From positions 145,472 through 209,471 of the forward strand of contig JASGJN010000023.1 in assembly GCA_049840735.1 (NCBI GenBank): a DNA stretch of 64,000 bases, given 5' to 3'. A model generated the notes under the pieces. The model saw nothing but the letters and a program-made list of their open reading frames with translations, did no database searches and had not been told where the DNA came from. The position numbers and the translations under genes are program-made. This document shows, piece after piece, positions 11,731-23,491 of this stretch (position 1 is the stretch's first letter; every line of letters starts with the position of its first letter). Origin of the DNA: Anaeromyxobacter sp. Lineage in GTDB: Bacteria > Myxococcota > Myxococcia > Myxococcales > Anaeromyxobacteraceae.

Positions 11731-14460
11731 ATGACATCTTCGCGTTCACTGTCGCTTCTCGCTGCGCTCGCCGCGTGCGTGCTGGCCGGCTGCTCCGGCT
11801 CTGACGGCGCGATCGGCCCGACCGGCCCGACCGGTCCCACCGGTCCGTCCGGCAACGACGCCTCCGCGTACGGCACGCTGGTCGGCACCGTCACCGACAC
11901 GTTCGGCAACGACGTGGCCGGCGCGACCGTCTCGTACCTGGTCGGGACCGACAAGGTCTCCGCCACCACCGACGCCAACGGCGCCTACTCCATCGACCTG
12001 GCGCCCGGCTCGCGCACCCTGACCTGGGCCGCCACCGGCTACGCCGCCTACGCGCAGGCCGTCGAGGCCGCGCCGACCCAGACCGTCACACTCGACGTGC
12101 GGCTCAACCCGGCCAACGGCGCGCGCGCGGTGGTGATCGCCGCCCGCACCGACACCACCTCGCCGGTGGTCCCGGGCACGACCGTGACCCTGAACGCGAA
12201 CCTGGTCGCCTTCGACCCGGACCTGCAGGACCAGGCCGTCACCTACCAGTGGACCGTGCTCTCCGGCCCGCCCGTCACCTTCAACGACGCCACCGCCAAG
12301 TCCCCGACGGCCACGCTGGCCGACCGGGCCTCCTTCAAGAACCGCGCGGTCGAGCTGGCGGTCCCGCACCTGAAGCTCTCGCCGGACGAGCCGGCCCTGA
12401 ACCAGGACCGCTACCAGGTGGTGCCCTTCTCCTACGAGCAGGCGCTCACCTTCGCCCCGCTGACCAAGTTCAAGGTCGTGGCCACCGTCGGCGGCAAGTC
12501 CTTCAGCAGCACGGTCAGCGTCAACGTCACCGGCATCCCGGTGGTCCCGACCACCGGCCTCGCCAACGTGCCCATCAACGCCCCGGTGGTGCTGCAGGGG
12601 CAGTTCCCGTTCAAGACCGACGAGGGCGAGTACGTGTGGCCGCTCCGCACCGACTACGCCTGGACCGTCACCGGCCCGGGCGGCGAGGTGACCCTGAACG
12701 ACCCGAACGGCCCGTTCCCCGACTTCACCCCGGCGACCGCGGGTGACTACGTCGTCTCCGAGGGCGGCAGCGTGGTCCTGACCGTCCACGCCGGCACCTA
12801 CGACGGCATCATGGCCGGCCCGGGCGCGGTGGTGAGCACCTGCGGCGCCTGCCACAGCGGCGTCAGCGTGCCCAACCCGTTCCCGGAGTGGCTCGAGACC
12901 GGGCACAAGGAGGTCATGTTCGCCGGCATCATGGAGCCGCTGCCGGACGGCCACTACGCCAAGACCTGCACGCCCTGCCACACGGTCGGCAACGGCCGGA
13001 CCGGCTCGGGCGGCTTCGCCGACGCGATGGCCTCGGAGAACCCGGACTTCGCCTCGCTGCAGGGTGACCTGAACGCCGAGGAGCACTTCTTCGCCCGCTA
13101 CCCGGCCTCCGGCCGCCTGGCCGGCGTCCAGTGCGAGAACTGCCACGGCCCGCAGATGGGCAACGAGGAGCACGCGAACGGCAACATCTGGACCGACGCC
13201 GAGACCTCGCGCATCACCTACTCCGCGAGCGTGTGCGCCACCTGCCACGCCCGCGCGCCGAAGCACGGCCGCTACACGCAGTGGATCACCAGCTCGCACG
13301 CCAACAAGGCCACGGTGACGTTCAACTCCAACGAGGAGACGGGCGCGCTGTCCAACTCCTGCGCCTGCTGCCACAGCGCCCAGGGCTTCGCCGGCTACCG
13401 GTCCATCCTGCCCACCGCGAACGGCGACCGCTCGCTGACCCCGCTGCCGGCCGGGCTGAACATCTACAACGCGCAGCCCATCACCTGCCAGACCTGCCAC
13501 AACTCGCACCACGAGGGTGACCTGTCGGTCGCCGAGTCCGAGAACCTGGCCACCGTCGGCCCGACCGAGGGCGCCACCTACATGCTGCCGTCCGGCTTCG
13601 CCGCCACCGGCGTGGGCAAGGGCGCGCTCTGCATCGCCTGCCACAACTCGCGCCAGGGCATCAACGGCGGCAAGCCCTACCTGCACGAGGACGGCGACGT
13701 GAAGTTCGGCACGCTGGCCAGCTACGGCGCGCCGCACGAGGCCGCGCAGGGCGACGTGCTGATGGGCCGCAACGCCTACTGGCTCGGCGCCGCGACCTAC
13801 AACAGCCCGGCCACCCGCTCGAAGCACTCGTACATCACCGACACCTGCGTGACCTGCCACATGGAGCTGACGACGCTCGACCTCTCCGTCGCCGAGGAGG
13901 GCCAGACCCGTCACGACTTCAAGGCCACGCCGGACGTCTGCAACAAGTGCCACGGCGAGTACTCCACCGAGTCCGTGCAGGCGGCCTTCGCGCCGCGGCT
14001 GGCGCAGGTCAAGGCGGCCGTGGGCCAGGCCATCCTCCGCCTGAAGTACAACGACGCCATCCCGGCCGGCACCACCGCCGTCCTGGTGGCCAACCGCCAG
14101 GGCCAGGTGGACGTGACCGACGCCACCGGCACGCACCGCTGGTTCCTCAGCAACCGCGCCAACAACGACGCGTTCCTGGTGGACCCGAACACCGGTGAGC
14201 TGGTCTCCGGCTGCGTCGGCACCGAGACGCTGGCCACCTGCACCGGCTTCCTGGCCGGCGCGCCCGGCGTGGCCGCCATCGGCAGCAGCGCCACCCAGGA
14301 CGCCACCGTGTCCGCCACGGGCGTGAACGGCGTGGTCGCCAAGGCGCTCTGGAACACCGTGCTGGTGCAGGACGACGCGTCGAAGGGCGTCCACAACCCG
14401 TCCTTCTCGTTCGAGGTGATGGACCAGACCCTGGTCCACATCGCCAGCTTCACGAAGTAG
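11731..14460 (+). CDS. Nonaheme c-type cytochrome lipoprotein with carboxypeptidase-regulatory/Ig-like N-terminal domains
   Basis: Lipobox LAGC, GPT repeats, nine CxxCH (CGACH, CTPCH, CENCH, CATCH, CACCH, CQTCH, CIACH, CVTCH, CNKCH), C-terminal GVHNP; GGAGG RBS. Confidence 0.9.
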   Translation: MTSSRSLSLLAALAACVLAGCSGSDGAIGPTGPTGPTGPSGNDASAYGTLVGTVTDTFGNDVAGATVSYLVGTDKVSATTDANGAYSIDLAPGSRTLTWAATGYAAYAQAVEAAPTQTVTLDVRLNPANGARAVVIAARTDTTSPVVPGTTVTLNANLVAFDPDLQDQAVTYQWTVLSGPPVTFNDATAKSPTATLADRASFKNRAVELAVPHLKLSPDEPALNQDRYQVVPFSYEQALTFAPLTKFKVVATVGGKSFSSTVSVNVTGIPVVPTTGLANVPINAPVVLQGQFPFKTDEGEYVWPLRTDYAWTVTGPGGEVTLNDPNGPFPDFTPATAGDYVVSEGGSVVLTVHAGTYDGIMAGPGAVVSTCGACHSGVSVPNPFPEWLETGHKEVMFAGIMEPLPDGHYAKTCTPCHTVGNGRTGSGGFADAMASENPDFASLQGDLNAEEHFFARYPASGRLAGVQCENCHGPQMGNEEHANGNIWTDAETSRITYSASVCATCHARAPKHGRYTQWITSSHANKATVTFNSNEETGALSNSCACCHSAQGFAGYRSILPTANGDRSLTPLPAGLNIYNAQPITCQTCHNSHHEGDLSVAESENLATVGPTEGATYMLPSGFAATGVGKGALCIACHNSRQGINGGKPYLHEDGDVKFGTLASYGAPHEAAQGDVLMGRNAYWLGAATYNSPATRSKHSYITDTCVTCHMELTTLDLSVAEEGQTRHDFKATPDVCNKCHGEYSTESVQAAFAPRLAQVKAAVGQAILRLKYNDAIPAGTTAVLVANRQGQVDVTDATGTHRWFLSNRANNDAFLVDPNTGELVSGCVGTETLATCTGFLAGAPGVAAIGSSATQDATVSATGVNGVVAKALWNTVLVQDDASKGVHNPSFSFEVMDQTLVHIASFTK

Positions 14461-14499
14461 CCCGGTCTGCTCCGCCTCCGGGCGGAGCCCGAGCGGTCG

Positions 14500-14537
14500 G
14501 CCGGCGGGTCCTCCGGGGCCCGCCGGCTTCGTCTTTC
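14500..14537 (+). terminator. Rho-independent terminator
   Basis: GCCGGCGGGTCC-TCCG-GGGCCCGCCGGC stem followed by TTCGTCTTT, after cytochrome stop. Confidence 0.7.
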
Positions 14538-14705
14538 GCTCGTCGCGCGGCCCGGGCGACGCTGTGGGGCCGGCGCGGTGCGGTGCGGAGCGGTGGCGGC
14601 GCTGTGGGTGCCGGGGCGCCGACCCAGCGAAAAGATCGCCGCGCTTGCACCTGATCAACCCAAGCGGGGCCGTGCCGTGCGAGACTGCTCACGTCTGGTG
14701 AACCC

Positions 14706-14994
14706 GTGAAAACCGTCCTCGCCCTGCTCCCGCTGCTGCTCCTCCCAGGCTGCGATCGCTCCCAGGACCGCGCGCTGGGCGCGTGCAAGTCGGAGATCGC
14801 CCGTCACCTGGTCAACCCCGCGAGCGCGGAGTACAGCGACGTCTCGCTCGAGCCGGTGGCCACCGCCGCGGGCCAGCGCTGGGTGGTGCTGGTGAAGGTC
14901 AGCGCCACCACCGGCGCCGGCTCCAGCGAGACCACGCGCCTGCGCTGCGCGGTGGACGAGACGTTCCAGGTGACCGAATCTCGGGGAGCGCTGA
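14706..14994 (+). CDS. Small hypothetical lipoprotein (frameshift at about 14977)
   Basis: MKTVLALLPLLLLPGC lipobox; GAATC to GATC correction gives ...VTDLGER* ending at 14994 and removes overlap with the convergent gene. Confidence 0.6.
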
Positions 14995-15000
14995 GGGCGC

Positions 15001-16405
<1,405 letters not shown>

Positions 16406-16420
16406 GGCGTCTCAGCCTCC

Positions 16421-16460
16421 TGAAACATCCCGTTGCGGCATGGTGAAACATTTCGTCGCG
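16421..16460. promoter_or_regulatory. Tandem putative enhancer sites TGAAACAT-N2-CGT(T/C)GCG
   Basis: TGAAACATCCCGTTGCG (16421-16437) and TGAAACATTTCGTCGCG (16444-16460), 23-bp period, between the activator and the otr operon. Confidence 0.6.
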
Positions 16461-16512
16461 TAGCGCAACGTCTCCGGGCTGCAACCGCCTGGGATCACTG
16501 ACGCCGCTGTCC

Positions 16513-16528
16513 GGGCACGCGGCACGCA
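16513..16528 (+). promoter_or_regulatory. Putative sigma54 promoter of the otr operon
   Basis: GGGCACGCGGCACGCA, GG-N10-GC with GGCAC core. Confidence 0.55.
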
Positions 16529-16591
16529 AAGGAGGTTTGCGAGAAACGCGCCGCTTCACGCGGCGCCCCCGGTGAAAGGGCGGAAGCGCCG

Positions 16592-18025
16592 ATGGATGCC
16601 CCCAAGAAGAGTCCCTGGTTCCTGGCGCTCGCGGTGGGAGCCGTGGCAGTGGGCGCGGCCGCCGTCGCGCTGGCCACGCGCCCGGCGCCGCCGCCTCCGC
16701 TGCGCCACGCCGCCGGCTGGACCAGGCCCATCCGGCCGCACTTCGACCACACGCCGGTGATCCCCGCTTCCTTCGAGAGCCCGCAGGCGGTCACCCGCGC
16801 CTGCCTCGGCTGCCACCCGGATGCCGCCGCGGTGATGAAGACCGCGCACTGGCGCTGGCTGGGGGACGAGGTCGAGATCCCCGGCCGCCCCGGGAAGAAG
16901 CTGCGGGTCGGCAAGGCCAACCTGCTCAACAACTTCTGCATCGCGGCGCGCGGCAACGAGAGGTCGTGCACCAAGTGCCACATCGGCTACGGCTGGGCCG
17001 ACGACAGCTTCGACTTCTCGAAGGCCGAGAACATCGACTGCCTGGTCTGCCACGAGCAGACCGGGACCTACGCCAAGGGCCCCTACGGCCTGCCCACCCC
17101 GGAGACCGACCTGGTGGCCGCGGCGCGGTCGGTGGCCACGCCGACCCGCGAAGCCTGCCTGGGCTGCCACGCCTTCGGCGGCGGCGGGCAGGGCGTGAAG
17201 CACGGCGACCTCGACTCCTCCCTGGCCCACCCGCAGGAGCAGGAGGACGTGCACCTCGGCCGGCTCGGCTTCCTGTGCGTGGACTGCCACCAGGCGCCGG
17301 GCCACCAGCTGCGCGGCCGGGCCTTCTCGGTGAGCGTCGAGGACGCGCACGGCGTGGCCTGCACCGACTGCCACACCACGCCGGAGCACCGCGACGAGCG
17401 GCTCGAGGCGCACCTGTCGGCGGTGGCCTGCCAGACCTGCCACATCCCCAGCTTCGCCTCGAAGGTGCCCACCAAGGCCACCTGGGACTGGAGCAAGGCC
17501 GGCGACGGCACGCGCCCGGACGACGCGCACACCTACCTCAGGATCAAGGGCGAGTTCACCTACGAGCTGGACGCGCGGCCGGACTACGGCTGGTTCAACG
17601 GGACGGTGGGGCGCTACCTGCTGGGCGACCGGATCGACCCGCGGCAGGTGACGGTGCTCAACCCGCCGCAGGGCTCGATCGGCGACCGCACCGCCCGCAT
17701 CTGGCCCTTCAAGGTCCACCACGCGAAGCAGCCCTACGATGCGGGCCACGACTACCTGTTCCCGCCCGTCACCGGCGGCCCGGGCGGCTACTGGACCACC
17801 TTCGACTGGGACAGCGCCTTCCGCCTGGGCGAGAAGGCCAGCGGCCTCCCCTACAGCGGCCAGTACGGCTTCGCGCCCACCGACATGTACTGGCCCCTCT
17901 CGCACATGGTCGCGCCCAAGGAGCGCGCCCTCGGCTGCAACGACTGCCACGGCGCCCAGGGCCGCATGGACTGGAAGGCGCTCGGCTACGCAGGGGATCC
18001 CATCCAGAACGGAGGCCGCCGGTGA
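16592..18025 (+). CDS. otr: Octaheme c-type cytochrome, tetrathionate reductase (Otr) family
   Basis: Eight CxxCH; GK...NNFCI...SCTKCHIGYGW signature; KHGDLDSSL; N-terminal membrane anchor/signal. Confidence 0.88.
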   Translation: MDAPKKSPWFLALAVGAVAVGAAAVALATRPAPPPPLRHAAGWTRPIRPHFDHTPVIPASFESPQAVTRACLGCHPDAAAVMKTAHWRWLGDEVEIPGRPGKKLRVGKANLLNNFCIAARGNERSCTKCHIGYGWADDSFDFSKAENIDCLVCHEQTGTYAKGPYGLPTPETDLVAAARSVATPTREACLGCHAFGGGGQGVKHGDLDSSLAHPQEQEDVHLGRLGFLCVDCHQAPGHQLRGRAFSVSVEDAHGVACTDCHTTPEHRDERLEAHLSAVACQTCHIPSFASKVPTKATWDWSKAGDGTRPDDAHTYLRIKGEFTYELDARPDYGWFNGTVGRYLLGDRIDPRQVTVLNPPQGSIGDRTARIWPFKVHHAKQPYDAGHDYLFPPVTGGPGGYWTTFDWDSAFRLGEKASGLPYSGQYGFAPTDMYWPLSHMVAPKERALGCNDCHGAQGRMDWKALGYAGDPIQNGGRR

Positions 18026-20278
18026 GCTGGTCCTTCCCCGCGCGTCCCGCGCTCGCCCTCGCCCTGCTGGTCGCCGCCGCCCCCGCGGCGGCCCAGCAGG
18101 CGGTGAACCCCATCCACCCCGCCTTCCGGCCGCTGGACGCGGCCGGCAAGCCCACCGCCGACGGCGCGCAGGTCTCGCTGGAGAAGACCTGCGGCGCCTG
18201 CCACGACGCCGCCTGGATCGGCCAGCACACCGGGCACGCCGCCGCCGCCGGACGCCCCGCCGCCACCTGCGCCCAGTGCCACCTGGACGGCGGCCAGCTC
18301 CTGGTCACCCCGGCGTCGCTGGAAGCCGACGGCCGGCTCCGCCGCGAGGCCATCCGCATCGGCGCGCCCCGCGCCCAGGGCTGCGCCCGCTGCCACGGCC
18401 TGCTGACCGACGGCCGCGCCCCGGTGGCGCTCCCGCCGGACCTGGCCGCGCCGGCGGCGGGGCGGAGCTACCGGCTCACGCTGGGCGAGGGGGCCATCCT
18501 CTCGCCGGAGCGGATGTCGGCCTCGTTCCTGGCGCTGGAGGGCAAGGCGACCCTGGACGCGCCCTGGGACGTGCACGCCGCCAAGCTGGTGGACTGCACC
18601 GCCTGCCACTTCGCCGGCAACGACCCGGCCCGCACCGACCCCAAGCAGCCGCGGCTCCAGTACCTCACCGCCGACCCGCGGCGCCTCTCCCGCGCCGAGT
18701 TCCTGGTGCGGCCCGACCACCGGCTGGGCAAGGCCGGCTGCCGCTCCTGCCATGACGCGCAGCAGGCCCACGCCTTCCTGCCCTACCGCGCGCGGCACCT
18801 GGAGGTGCTGGCCTGCGAGGCCTGCCACCTGGCCTCGCCGCGCGCCCCGGTGCTGGAGCAGGTGGACGCGACCGTGGCCGGCCGCGACGGCGCGCCCGTG
18901 CTCCGCTTCCGCAACCTGGCGGTCCGACCCGGCGAGCCGCTGGGCGCCGCCACCGTCCGTCCCTTCCAGCCGCTCCTGGCGGAGCGGGCCGAGCCGGACG
19001 GCGCGCGCCGGCTGGCGCCGGTGAACCTGATCACCCGCTACCGCTGGGTGGCCGGCCCGGAGCGCGCCGAGGTGCCGTTCGAGCGGGTGGCGGCCGCGCT
19101 GGTCGAGGGAGGCGCCTGGCGCCGCGAGGCGCTGGCCGCGCTGGACGCCGACCACGACGGCGACCTCTCCGCGGGCGAGCTCCTGCTGGACACGGCGGAG
19201 GAGGTGGCCTTCGTGGCCGGCGCGCTGCGCGGCGCGGGGCTGCAGGATCCGGCCATCGCCGGCGACCTGCAAATCCTCCCTCTGGTCCACGGCGTCTCCA
19301 CCCGCGACCAGGCGCTGCGCGCCTGCGGCGCCTGCCACGGTCCCGAGTCGCGCCTCACCGCGCCGTTCACCGTGGCCTCGGTCCTGCCCGGCGGCGTCCC
19401 GCCGGCCCCGCCAACGGCGGCGCCGTGACCTTGGCCGGCACCGTGGCCCCTTCCGCCGGCGGCGGGCTCTCGCTGCTGCGCCAGGCCGGGGTCGCACCGC
19501 GTGGGCTGCACGTGCTCGGCCACTCTCGCGAGGGGATCACCAACACCCTGGGGTTCGTGATCTTCCTGCTCACGCTGGGCGGCGTCTCGGCGCATGGCCT
19601 GCTGCGGTGGGCGCTGCGCCGCCGCCAGGGCCACGCCCCGGTGGCGGAGCGCGACGAGTACGCGTTCGGCCGCTACGAGCGGCTCTGGCACTGGACCATG
19701 GCCCTCTCCGGCGCCGTGCTGATCGCCACCGGCCTGGTCATCCACGGCGGGGCGGGCGGCGGGCTGCCGGCGGCGGTGGCGCTGCACAACGCCTTCGCCG
19801 TGGTGCTGATGGCCAACGCCTTCCTGGCCCTCTTCCACCACCTGGCCACGGCCGCCATCCGCACCTTCATCCCGTCCCCCACCGGTCTCCTGGCCCGCAT
19901 CGCCCAGCACCTCGACTACCAGGCGCGGGGCATCTTCCGCGGCGCCGCCCACCCGGAGAACGCCCCCGGGCACAAGCTCAACCCGCTGCAGCAGCTGACG
20001 TACCTGGGGCTCCTCAACGTGCTCTTCCCGCTCCAAATCGCGACCGGCCTCTTGCTCTGGGCCGCCGGGCACTGGCCCCCGGTCGCGGCCGCGATCGGCG
20101 GGCTGGCGGTGATCGCGCCATCCACGACCTGGGCGCCTGGCTCTTCCTCACCTTCTTCGTGCTGCACGTCTACCTCGTCACCACCGGTCGGACGCCGACC
20201 GAGCACCTCACCTGGATGATCACCGGCTGGCGCCGCGCGCCGGATCGCGGGGAAGGCGCGCCGCAGGAGCGGAGCTGA
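18022..20278 (+). CDS. Heptaheme cytochrome c plus cytochrome b (hydrogenase/formate dehydrogenase b-type) membrane domain; probably one fused gene with frameshifts at about 19412-19425 and 20119
   Basis: Signal peptide, seven CxxCH, EF-hand-like DADHDGDLSAGE; then YERLWHW, LHNAF, KLNPLQQLTY, IHDLGAW...LHVYL His-bearing helices. Could alternatively be two genes (GTGA overlap at 19425). Confidence 0.75.
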
Positions 20279-20280
20279 TC

Positions 20281-20800
20281 ATGGCCAAGGAACCGCGTCC
20301 CTACCTGAACCCGTACCTCGCCGGCGCGCTGCTCGGCGTGGTGCTCTTCCTCAGCTTCTACGTGACCGGCGGCGGGCTCGGCGCCTCCTCCGCGCTCAGC
20401 CACGTCGAGGCGGCGGTGGTCGACCTGTTCGCCCCGGCGCACGTCGAATCGCACCGCCTACCTGGCCGAGATGGCCGGCGGCAGCCGCAACCCGTGGAAC
20501 CACCAAGGCGTCTGGATGCTGCTGGGCACCGTGCTGGGCGGAATCGCCTCCGGGGTCCTCAACCGGCGCTTCAGGCTGGAGTTCCGCAAGGGCCCGAACG
20601 TCAGCACCGGCACGCGGGTGGTCTTCGCGCTGCTGGGCGGCGCCATCATGGGCTACGGCGCGCGGCTGGCCCGCGGGTGCACTTCCGGCCAGGCGCTCTC
20701 CGGCGGCGCGGTGCTCTCGGTCGGCAGCTGGGCCTTCGCGCTGGCGGTCTTCGCCGGCGCCTACGCGCTGGCGTACACCGTCCGCCGGCTCTGGAACTAG
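20281..20800 (+). CDS. YeeE/YedE family sulfur-compound transporter subunit (frameshift at about 20447)
   Basis: PYLNPYLAG N-terminus, GARLARGCTSGQALSG conserved Cys motif; GAATC to GATC joins the halves. Confidence 0.82.
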
Positions 20801-20814
20801 GGAGGGCGATCACC

Positions 20815-22127
20815 ATGGCACCGTTCGCGCTCACCCCCGGCACCCTCGGCTACGTCCTCGCCTTCCTGGCCATCGGCCTCGGCTTCGGGTTCGTGCTGGA
20901 GCTGGCCGGCTTCGGCGACACCCGCAAGCTGGCGGCGCAGTTCTACTTCAAGGACCTCACCATCCTGAAGGTCATGTTCACCGGCATCGTGGTGGCCGCG
21001 GTGCTGCTCGCCGCCGCCACCTCGCTGGGCCTGCTCGACCTGGGCCGCGTCTGGATCAACCCCACCTACCTGTGGCCCGGGATCGTGGGCGGCCTGATCA
21101 TGGGCGTGGGGTTCATCCTTGGCGGCTCTGCCCCGGCACCTCGGTCGTGGCGGCCGCGACGCTCAGGCGTCGACGGCATGCTCTTCCTGCTCGGCGTGCT
21201 GGTGGGCGTGGGCGCGTCGGCGAGACGGTGGGCCGCTTCGAGCCCTTCTACCTCTCCTCGTACATGGGCCGCTTCACGCTGCCAGAGCTGTTGGGGCTGC
21301 CGCTGGGGGTCACGCTGGTGCTGGTGGTCGCCATGGCCCTGTTCATGTTCTGGGGCGGTGAGCTGCTCGAGCAGCGCCACGGCCAGGGCAGGCCCTGGGC
21401 GGAGATCCGCCTGGCGCCGGCCCGGTCCGGCAAGGCGCTGGCGGCGGGCGCGCTCCTCCTGGCCGCCGCGGCCGTGGCCGCAAACGGCCAGCCCACCCCG
21501 CAGCAGGTGTTCGCCCGGCTCGGCCCGGCCGCGCAGGCGGAGCTCGAGTCCCGCGCCGTGGTGGTGGATCCGGCGGAGGTGGTGGCGCTGCGGAAGGACC
21601 TGACGGTGCAGGTGGTGGTGCTCGACCTGCGGGACGAGCACCAGTTCCTCCTGTTCCACGTCGGCGGCGCGCGGCGGGTGGGGCCGGAGCAGCTCCTGGC
21701 CCCGGGCACCGTGAAGCAGCTCCTCGACCAGCCCGCCTCGACGGTGACCTTCCTGGTCGGCACCGGCGAGGCCCAGGCGCTGGAGGCGTGGAAGGGGCTC
21801 AAGGGGCTGGGCGTGCCCAACCTTTACGTGATCGAGGGCGGCATGAACGGCTGGCTGGAGCGGTACGCCGTGCCCACCTGCGTGGCGGCGCCGTCCACCG
21901 CGGCCGCCGCCGGCGCCTCCGACGTGCCCCGCTGGCAGTTCGCCCACGCGACCGGCGACCAGCTCCCCGCCTCCTGGCCCGAGCTGTCGCGCTCCGGCGC
22001 GTTCCGCACCCCCTGCGGCGAGCCCATCGCCCAGGGCGGCCACGAGGGGATCACCTGGCCCGAGCACGCCTTCACGAAGAAGGTGAAGCTGCAGACGAGG
22101 ACGGTGGTGAAGGGCGGGTGCGGGTGA
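20815..22127 (+). CDS. YeeE/YedE family subunit fused to rhodanese-like domain with C-terminal GGCG (several frameshifts at about 21125-21220)
   Basis: GFGFVLELAGFG, GG(F)CPGT Cys motif, VVLDLRDEHQFLLFHVGGA and LYVIEGGMNGW rhodanese motifs, ends KKVKLQTRTVVKGGCG*. Confidence 0.8.
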
Positions 22128-22207
22128 CTGTTCGGGCTGGCGCAGCCGGCCCAGAACCGCTTCTGGCGCTGGCCACGGCCACGTGGGCAGCGGCGCAGGG
22201 TCGTCGT

Positions 22208-22282
22208 CCGTTCGTGATGAGCGTAGGGCCGGCGCCGAGCCGGCTCATCCGGGGGGCCGGCCCGGAGTCGAATCACGAACGG
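22208..22282. repeat. Palindromic REP-like element
   Basis: CCGTTCGTGAT-GAGCGTAG-GGCCGG...CCGGCC-CGGAGTCGA-ATCACGAACGG; homologous to reverse complement of 27348-27405. Confidence 0.75.
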
Positions 22283-22367
22283 GGGCGCGTCAAGCAGCCG
22301 GATCACGGGGCGGATCAGGGCCCAGAGCGCGCTGGCGCCGGCTGGCGCTGTGTGCCAGGTTGTGCCC

Positions 22368-23474
22368 GTGGAACCCACCGCCAAGCCCCCGTCCCAGCCG
22401 CAGAACGCCGCCCAGGACCACGCCAGCGAGTTCGCGCGGCTCGTCGAGCTGCTGCGCAAGGGCCAGCTCGAGCCCCCTCCCTCCAGCGAGGCGCTGGGGC
22501 CGCTCCAGCAGGGCGACGTGGAGCCCTGGCCGGCGCCCGGCTCCGCGCGCGCCCTGGAGCTATTCGGCTCGGCCGCGAGGCCTTCGCGCGCGGCGAGGTG
22601 GCCAGCCTGGTGCTGGCCGGCGGCGCAGGCACGCGCTTCGGCGGCGCGGTGAAGGCGCTGGTCCCGGTCAGCGGTGACCGCACCTTCCTCGACTACAAGC
22701 TGGCCGACGCGCGCCAGGCGGGCGCCGCCGGCGGCCGCCCGGTGCCGGTCGCGATCATGACCTCGCCGCTCACGCACGCCGGGATCGCCGCGCACGTGCA
22801 GGGGCTGCCCGACGTCCACCTCTTCGAGCAGCGGATGCTCCCCCGGCTGACGCCCGAGCTGGAGATCTTCCGTGGCGCGGACGGCCAGCCCTCGCTGGCG
22901 CCGTCGGGCCACGGCGACGTGCTGCGCGCGCTGCGCGCCAGCGGCGTGGGCGAGGCGCTGCGGCGCCGGGGCGTGCGCCTGCTCTACTTCACCAACGTGG
23001 ACAACCTCGCCGCCAGCCTGGACCCGCTGGTGATCGGCGCGCACCTGGCGCTGGGCAAGGCCATGATGGTCGAGGTGACGGCCCGCCGCCGCGCCGACGG
23101 CGGCCTCGACACCGGCGCCGCGCCGGTGCGGGTGAAGGGGCACGTGCAGCTGGTGGAGCACGTGGAGAAGGAGCGCCACCCGCTCATCTCCACCAACGAC
23201 ATCACCTTCGAGCTGGCGCGCCTGCTGGATCAGGAGATTCGGGCTGCCCTGGCGCGTGGCGCGCAAGGAGGTGGAGGGCCGCCCGGCGCTCCAGCTCGAG
23301 CAGGTCACCGGCGAGGTGACGGGCGTGCTGGGCGCGGACGGGAGGCCGGTCCTCCCCAGCGCCTACCTCGAGGTGCCGCGCGAGGACCTGGCCACCACGC
23401 GGTTCGAGCCGGTCAAGGCGCGCGAGGACCTGCCGCGCACGCAGGCGCTGCTGCGGGCGCGCCAGGCGCTGTGA
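22368..23474 (+). CDS. UDPGP-family nucleotidyltransferase (UTP-glucose-1-phosphate uridylyltransferase-like); frameshifts at about 22562 and 23238
   Basis: LAGGAGTRFG..KAL, IMTS, FEQ, PSGHGD, NVDNL, LQLEQ, RFEPVK motifs across three joined frames. Confidence 0.8.
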
Positions 23475-23491
23475 GCGGGGCGACCACGACC

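Noticed and set aside
22125..22160. Selenocysteine read-through: TGA after GGCG followed by a hairpin
   Set aside because: Downstream frame is short and not coding-like; the hairpin is more simply a 3' end structure
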